Shown here piece after piece: positions 7,095 through 11,998 of a DNA stretch of 32,000 bases. The notes beneath the pieces were generated by a model. That model had not been told where the DNA came from. It was given only the letters and a program-made list of their open reading frames with translations, and searched no databases. Every line of letters begins with the position of its first letter. Position 1 is the stretch's first letter. This stretch comes from an uncultured Candidatus Saccharibacteria bacterium (GTDB taxonomy: Bacteria > Patescibacteriota > UBA1384 > XYA2-FULL-43-10 > 1-14-0-10-43-13): the NCBI GenBank assembly GCA_964543385.1, contig CAZIYE010000001.1, positions 510,001 to 542,000 on the forward strand, written 5' to 3'. Position numbers and translations under genes: made by a program.

Positions 7095-8033
7095 TTAATT
7101 TCTCCTTATCTTCTCTAATACCTTAAATAACTGATATGAAGTTGGCTTTAATATCCGATCATAACAGCCATGAATATCCACTTGGTATCCGCCAAACTGT
7201 TTCTTGAAGCTTGTGATCCCCGACCATGGATGTTTCGGGTCGTCGTTGGGTGCAATGCCATAAAAATCAAAGGCATCGCAGCCTTTTTCTTTAGCGTCTT
7301 GAATCATTTGCCAAACTAGTAAGTTTGGCGCTTTTAAATTGCGGTATTCATTACTTGATGCGCCGAACATATATATAGCCTTCTTGCCCGAATAGACAAC
7401 AATGCCCGATGACAAAACTTTGCATTGGCCATCAGACTTGAGCGTGGAGCTATAAATCCGAGCATAGCCGCCTTTGCTTAAAATATCAAGTAAACCTTGG
7501 AAGTAACCTATGCTTCTATATGTAATGCCATGCCTCTTTCCGGTAATAGAATATAGCGAATAAAAGTCATGCAACATCTCGTCGCTATATTCAGTTGATG
7601 TAATCTCGACGCCGCTTTTTGCAGCGAGTCGTATATTATATCTACATCTCACAGACATCTCGGCTAATAATTCATCCTGATCCTTTGTTATATCTAGGAT
7701 CCAAGTATTTTCTGGTTGCATGTGCTCAAAAGATTTGGTTAAGCTAGAGTCTTGAATATTAGTGGTTAGGGATACAGAAATAGGAATATCAAACTCTACT
7801 CTGTAAAAAATAGATTTATTTTCTTTTGCGATCTCTTGGATTTTATTCCAGAAATTGCTCTTGACTCTTGACTCTTGACTCTTGACTACCATAGGCGAAT
7901 AAAGCATCGAATAACCAAGAGGAAGATTTTTTTGCAAAACCAAAACACCATCTACCCAATAACTTTTCTGGTAGCCTGTTTTGAGTTTAAATTTCTCCCA
8001 TTCCTCTGATTGAAAGATTGATTGCATAAACAA
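7095..8033 (-). CDS. FemAB-family peptidoglycan bridge aminoacyltransferase (lipid II peptidyltransferase-like)
   Basis: 312 aa with a family-typical N-terminus (FMQSIFQSEEWEKFKLKTGY) and a C-terminal GNAT-like half (AIYMFGASSNEYRNLKAPNLLVWQMIQDAKEKGCDAFDFYGI, SGITSFKKQFGG). Its stop lies 7 nt before the Mur ligase start. Confidence 0.85.
   Translation of the reverse strand: MFMQSIFQSEEWEKFKLKTGYQKSYWVDGVLVLQKNLPLGYSMLYSPMVVKSQESRVKSNFWNKIQEIAKENKSIFYRVEFDIPISVSLTTNIQDSSLTKSFEHMQPENTWILDITKDQDELLAEMSVRCRYNIRLAAKSGVEITSTEYSDEMLHDFYSLYSITGKRHGITYRSIGYFQGLLDILSKGGYARIYSSTLKSDGQCKVLSSGIVVYSGKKAIYMFGASSNEYRNLKAPNLLVWQMIQDAKEKGCDAFDFYGIAPNDDPKHPWSGITSFKKQFGGYQVDIHGCYDRILKPTSYQLFKVLEKIRRN
7860..7887. 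repeat. Perfect tandem heptamer (CTTGACT)x4 inside the FemAB-like CDS
   Basis: cttgact cttgact cttgact cttgact, read directly. On the coding (minus) strand it gives VVKSQESRVKSN. Confidence 0.95.
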
Positions 8034-8140
8034 ATGTTAGCATTAAATAATATTTTTTTCGAGTGGTCCCTCGCCCAATATATCCACTGACGGTTCGAAC
8101 TGTTTTCATTGCCAATAGTCTCAAAAAATGTTAAAACAAG

Positions 8141-9364
8141 ATGATGAAAAACAAAGCAATCAAAATATTGGCTATAGAGACTAGCTGTGACGAGACGGCA
8201 GCAGCGGTGATAAGAGAGAATGAGGGGGAGCCAGTTATTTTATCGAACGTGGTCTCTTCGCAGATTGATCTTCATGCTAAAACTGGTGGTGTTGTCCCAG
8301 AGGTTGCAAGCCGAGCCCATATGGAAGCGATAATGCCTGTGATTGCCGAAGCATTCATTTCTGCTAATTCTTCCGAAAAGAGTTCCAACGGTGCTATTCC
8401 AACCCTCAACTCTAAGCTCTCAACTCTAAACTATAAGGAAACAATCGGATTGTTTCCTGATATTACTCACATAGCTGTTACTTCTGGTCCCGGTCTTATT
8501 GGTTCTCTCTTGGTCGGATTTAATGCTGCAAAGTCTCTATCCTATTCAAGAGACTTGCCAGTTATACCTGTCAACCATATAGAGGGTCATATATACTCAG
8601 TTTTTGGTCAATTACAAAATGGTCAAGCATTCCCAATATTGGCTCTTACTGTTTCTGGTGGCCATACGTCTCTTAATTTGATGAAGGGTCATGGTGAATA
8701 TGAATCTATAGGAGATACTTTAGATGATGCGGTCGGCGAAGCTTACGATAAAGTAGGAAAGCTTTTAGGACTAGGCTATCCAGGAGGGCCGGCGATTTCT
8801 AAACTCGCTCAAGAGTTTAGAAACAGATTTAGCAATTTAGCAATTGGTTCATTTAATAATTTAATGAATAAATATCCAAATGGACAAATAGCCAAATCAC
8901 GATCTTTGATCGTGTTTCCTCGTCCAATCATAAATGATGGGACATTTAATTTCTCCTTTTCGGGTTTAAAGACAGCAGTTCTATCGGAAGTAAAGAAAAA
9001 TATTACAAAATATAATGTTGAAAATTCAGAAAACATTCCCGAAAATGTCAAAGAAGAAATAGCTTTTGCTTTTGAAGAAGCAGTTGCTGACGTGCTAGCA
9101 GCAAAAACAGTCAAGGCAGTCCTTAAATTTAACCCAAAGACAGTGATTTTTGCTGGCGGTGTCTCCGCGAATATTTATTTGCAAGATAAAATCAGAAATG
9201 CGGTTGTGGGTTGTCAGCTATCTATTGATTTTCTAACCCCGCCTAGAGCATTAACTGGGGATAACGCTGCGATGATTGGTATTGCCGCCTTTTATCATAT
9301 TAAAAGAGGTAACATCAAAAGTTGGGATAAAATTACGGTTGATTCAAATTGGGAGTTGAATTAA
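8141..9364 (+). CDS. tsaD: tRNA N6-adenosine threonylcarbamoyltransferase TsaD, with two lineage-specific insertions
   Basis: 407 aa with ILAIETSCDETAAAV, GGVVPEVASRAH, AVTSGPGLIGSLLVG, VNHIEGH, VSGGHT, DDAVGEAYDKVGKLLGLGYPGGP, FSFSGLKTAV and GGVSAN. Confidence 0.95.
   Translation: MMKNKAIKILAIETSCDETAAAVIRENEGEPVILSNVVSSQIDLHAKTGGVVPEVASRAHMEAIMPVIAEAFISANSSEKSSNGAIPTLNSKLSTLNYKETIGLFPDITHIAVTSGPGLIGSLLVGFNAAKSLSYSRDLPVIPVNHIEGHIYSVFGQLQNGQAFPILALTVSGGHTSLNLMKGHGEYESIGDTLDDAVGEAYDKVGKLLGLGYPGGPAISKLAQEFRNRFSNLAIGSFNNLMNKYPNGQIAKSRSLIVFPRPIINDGTFNFSFSGLKTAVLSEVKKNITKYNVENSENIPENVKEEIAFAFEEAVADVLAAKTVKAVLKFNPKTVIFAGGVSANIYLQDKIRNAVVGCQLSIDFLTPPRALTGDNAAMIGIAAFYHIKRGNIKSWDKITVDSNWELN
8405..8432. 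repeat. Heptamer array, CTNARCT type, 4 in-phase units inside tsaD
   Basis: ctcaact ctaagct ctcaact ctaaact. These are the same unit types as at 4398-4432. It encodes LNSKLSTLN within a TsaD insertion. Confidence 0.8.
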
Positions 9365-9459
9365 AGATGGTTTTGGAATTATTACCTTACTTTATATAAT
9401 ATTTCATATCCGGTAAAATTATAAATTAATAATTCTATAACATTAAATTAAAAGGTATT

Positions 9460-10089
9460 ATGGTCACCACTATCATTGATTTTTTAGCAAATGTTGTTGT
9501 TTCGACAATCGATTTTACAGGCTATTTTGGAGTTTTCTTTCTGATGCTTGTAGAAAGTTGCGGCATCCCGATGCCCTCGGAGGTGATCATGCCATTTTCG
9601 GGTTTTTTGGTGGCTGATGGGCGAATGTCTTTTTGGTTAATCGTGTTGGCTGGTACTTTTGGTAATCTCGTTGGCTCGTGGCTAGGCTATTGGATAGGAG
9701 CAAAGGGAGGGAGACCTCTTATCGAAAAATATGGCAAATATATCCTTATCTCTAAGCATGATCTAGATTTAGCTGATAAGTGGTTCTCTAAATATGGAGA
9801 GTGGACGGTTTTCTTTGGCCGTCTATTGCCTGTGATTCGTACTTATATCTCTTTCCCAGCGGGGATCGCCAAGATGAATTTTAAGACTTTTTCTGTTTAT
9901 ACCTTCTGGGGAGCATTACCTTGGACAGCACTTTTCGCTTGGCTTGGTGTGAAGATGGGTGCAAACTGGGAGATGATCCGCCAAAAGCTCCATACGTTTG
10001 ATATGTCGATTGCCGTGCTAGTGGTCGTTTGCTTAGTACTATATATTTGGAGACATATCAGAATAATCCAAAAAGAGAAGTCTCAATAA
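9460..10089 (+). CDS. DedA family membrane protein
   Basis: 209 aa, multi-TM, with DedA-type pattern ESCGIPMPSEVIMPFSGFLV and GRLLPVIRTYISFPAG. AAAGG lies upstream of the ATG. Confidence 0.9.
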   Translation: MVTTIIDFLANVVVSTIDFTGYFGVFFLMLVESCGIPMPSEVIMPFSGFLVADGRMSFWLIVLAGTFGNLVGSWLGYWIGAKGGRPLIEKYGKYILISKHDLDLADKWFSKYGEWTVFFGRLLPVIRTYISFPAGIAKMNFKTFSVYTFWGALPWTALFAWLGVKMGANWEMIRQKLHTFDMSIAVLVVVCLVLYIWRHIRIIQKEKSQ

Positions 10090-10112
10090 TGATCATAAAT
10101 ATGTGAGAGATA

Positions 10113-10150
10113 ATAAAAATAACCCTTGATCTATCAAGGGTTATTTTTAT
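10113..10150. terminator. Bidirectional hairpin terminator between convergent genes
   Basis: 18-nt perfect inverted repeat, ataaaaataacccttgat / atcaagggttatttttat, around a ct centre. The GC core is flanked by A and T runs on both sides. It sits between the DedA stop (10089) and the Phd-like stop (10152). Confidence 0.7.
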
Positions 10151-10151
10151 G

Positions 10152-10889
10152 TTAGAGCTGGGTTGTTGTGGGTGGGATAGGAGATTGGACGGGAGCAGCT
10201 GGATTTACCGGAGGATTTGTTGTGGTTATAGATGGTACAGGCTGGCTATCGATTTGTGCCGGGGGTGTGACCACTGTTGGTTCTACACCGGTAGTAGGAG
10301 CTAAGGGATTAGTATCAATAACAGGGGCAGGAGACATAGCAGGAGTTGGGGAAAACGATGGTGCTATTGTCTGCTCAGCGATTGGGGTTTCTGGTGCGAA
10401 GAGATCGTCAAGACCATCATCGACTATTGGACTTGTCTTAATTTCTGGTACAGATAAATCCTCCTGTGGCGGTTGGATCGTTGTTACTATTGGAGTCTCT
10501 GGCATAGTAGCATTATTTGTACTTGTTTCTATGTCGGCATGGGGCGTCAAGAGTGTAGTATCGTTGGTCGATGTATCTGAAATAGTTGTGTTTGATGTGT
10601 CGGTAGTAACACTTGATGAGCTTGTGGACACATCCAGTGGATTGCTATCTTTATTAACTATTGGATCATCATTTTTAACATCATCCTCAACATCTTCGGG
10701 GATAATCATTTTATGGTCTATGCCAGTAAGCTTCTCGAGATGGTGCACCCCTACAATTATTGCAGCCGGTTTACCATTCTTTGTTATTACATAAAGATCC
10801 TCACTGTCGGTGACAGCATCTATTATTTTATTTAAAGAATCTCTTACTTCCGTAATAGGCAATATTTTTTCGACATCCACGTCCAACAT
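10152..10889 (-). CDS. Phd/YefM-type antitoxin-fold domain protein with a roughly 180-aa Pro/Thr/Ser-rich disordered tail
   Basis: The N-terminal 60 aa (ILPITEVRDSLNKIIDAVTDSEDLYVITKNGKPAAIIVGVHHLEKL) match the Phd/YefM pattern. The rest is low-complexity P/T/S/D-rich sequence. A strong GGAGG lies 5 nt upstream of the ATG. Confidence 0.75.
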   Translation of the reverse strand: MLDVDVEKILPITEVRDSLNKIIDAVTDSEDLYVITKNGKPAAIIVGVHHLEKLTGIDHKMIIPEDVEDDVKNDDPIVNKDSNPLDVSTSSSSVTTDTSNTTISDTSTNDTTLLTPHADIETSTNNATMPETPIVTTIQPPQEDLSVPEIKTSPIVDDGLDDLFAPETPIAEQTIAPSFSPTPAMSPAPVIDTNPLAPTTGVEPTVVTPPAQIDSQPVPSITTTNPPVNPAAPVQSPIPPTTTQL

Positions 10890-11006
10890 AGAACCTCCAA
10901 GAGTTATTTATTTATCAATTGATCATTAAACCATTTTTCATTAATTTGTCATTTATAATTTTACATTTATTTTAAAAATTAATAAATCCCTGATACAATT
11001 AAAGAA

Positions 11007-11366
11007 ATGAGCAGAGAACAAGAATTTGAAGATCGTCTGATAAATTTTTCACAAAGTACTCTCCTTTTATGTAGAAAAATACCCGAGACAACCATAACCA
11101 GGCCAATCATTACTCAATTGGTGAGATCAGCAACAAGTATAGGTGCAAATTATTGTGAAGCTAATAATGCCAGCTCCAAAAGAGACTTTAAGAATAAGAT
11201 TTTTATTTGCAAGAAAGAATCACAAGAAACTAAATATTGGCTCAAACTAGTATTATCATCTTCAAGTGAAGGAAAGGATGAAATAAATAAACTTATTCAA
11301 GAATGTCATGAGTTTTGCCTGATATTTCAAAAAATTGTCGCCACTATAGAAAATAATGGTAAATGA
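11007..11366 (+). CDS. Four-helix-bundle protein (23S rRNA intervening-sequence protein family), second divergent copy
   Basis: 119 aa with FEDRLINFSQSTLLLCRKIP, ITQLVRSATSIGANYCEANNASSKRDFKNKIFICKKESQETKYWLKLV. Confidence 0.88.
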   Translation: MSREQEFEDRLINFSQSTLLLCRKIPETTITRPIITQLVRSATSIGANYCEANNASSKRDFKNKIFICKKESQETKYWLKLVLSSSSEGKDEINKLIQECHEFCLIFQKIVATIENNGK

Positions 11367-11383
11367 ATAAAATATTTAAAATT

Positions 11384-11418
11384 AATGGGTAATGAAAAAT
11401 GAAAAATCAAAAATCAAA
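11384..11418. repeat. Heptamer array AATSAAA-type, 5 units, overlapping the gtrA-like start
   Basis: aatgggt aatgaaa aatgaaa aatcaaa aatcaaa. The first three units each contain an ATG (11385, 11392, 11399). Confidence 0.8.
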
Positions 11419-11845
11419 AGAGTCTCTGCTTCAATTTATAAAATTCGGCATTGTCGGAGTTGCGAATACTTGTGTTGACTGGATAGTTTTCTACATATTA
11501 GTTAACACAATCTTGGGTGAGCAAAGAACGATTGCCAAGGCTATTGCATTTATAGTTGCGGTATTAAATTCCTATATATTTAATACGATTTGGACCTTCA
11601 AAAAGGAGTATGCAAGTGCTGCTGGCAAATCCGGAGACTCTTCAGCTAAATCGGCGATTTTTGGCAAATTTATAATAGTTAGTTTGATTGGGTGGGCTGT
11701 AAATGTCTTTGTATTTAGTCAAGCTGCAAATCGTGTAGATATGGCTCTTTTTAATAAACCGGACTTATTACCTTTAATCTTTGCTTCCGGCGCTGCAATA
11801 CTTTGGAACTTCTTCGCGAATAAACTCTGGACTTACAAGAAGTAA
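11399..11845 (+). CDS. GtrA-family small membrane protein (polyprenol-phosphate-sugar flippase-like)
   Basis: 148 aa, 4 predicted TM helices, with the GtrA-like N-terminus FIKFGIVGVANTCVDWIVFYIL and C-terminus LWNFFANKLWTYKK. Confidence 0.88.
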   Translation: MKNQKSKESLLQFIKFGIVGVANTCVDWIVFYILVNTILGEQRTIAKAIAFIVAVLNSYIFNTIWTFKKEYASAAGKSGDSSAKSAIFGKFIIVSLIGWAVNVFVFSQAANRVDMALFNKPDLLPLIFASGAAILWNFFANKLWTYKK

Positions 11846-11901
11846 TTGCTTAAATTATCTTGTCCAGTAAGGACAAATTTATATTGACAAGTGTGGCATC
11901 T

Positions 11902-11935
11902 TTGCAGGATTTAACAATTTAAATTATAATTTAAA
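11902..11935 (+). promoter_or_regulatory. Putative sigma70-like promoter (TTGCAG-17 nt-TATAAT) overlapped by an 18-bp perfect palindrome
   Basis: TTGCAG at 11902-11907, a 17-nt spacer, then TATAAT at 11925-11930. The palindrome tttaaattataatttaaa spans 11918-11935. The site is about 65 nt upstream of the 11999 ATG. AT-rich background makes chance matches likely. Confidence 0.3.
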
Positions 11936-11998
11936 CCAAGGCCAAAGGCCATATTCTATTTTACTTATAAACATAAAAAATATAATTTGGAGGAGGAC

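Noticed and set aside
8085-8105. GGTTCGAA (8092-8099), the canonical tRNA T-loop sequence, in the femAB-tsaD intergenic region
   Set aside because: The flanking bases cannot form a 5-bp T-stem on either strand (GACGG versus TGTTT), and I could not build an acceptor or anticodon arm. GTTCGAAC is simply a palindrome here.
10168-10794. 208-aa + strand ORF (Gly/Val/Ser/Thr-rich)
   Set aside because: It is the mirror image of the Pro/Thr-rich tail of the minus-strand Phd-domain gene, which has a strong GGAGG RBS and a recognisable N-terminal domain. The + ORF has neither.
10152-10889. Type II toxin-antitoxin locus
   Set aside because: Only the antitoxin-fold domain is present. The downstream neighbour on that strand is a terminator and a convergent DedA gene, and the upstream neighbour is divergent. 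No Doc/YoeB/RelE-size ORF is present.
11987-11998. TTG start at 11987 for the lectin-like protein (track gives MEEDMNSKK)
   Set aside because: The TTG lies inside or just before the GGAGGAGG Shine-Dalgarno sequence. ATG 11999 is ideally spaced after it and begins a typical signal-anchor.
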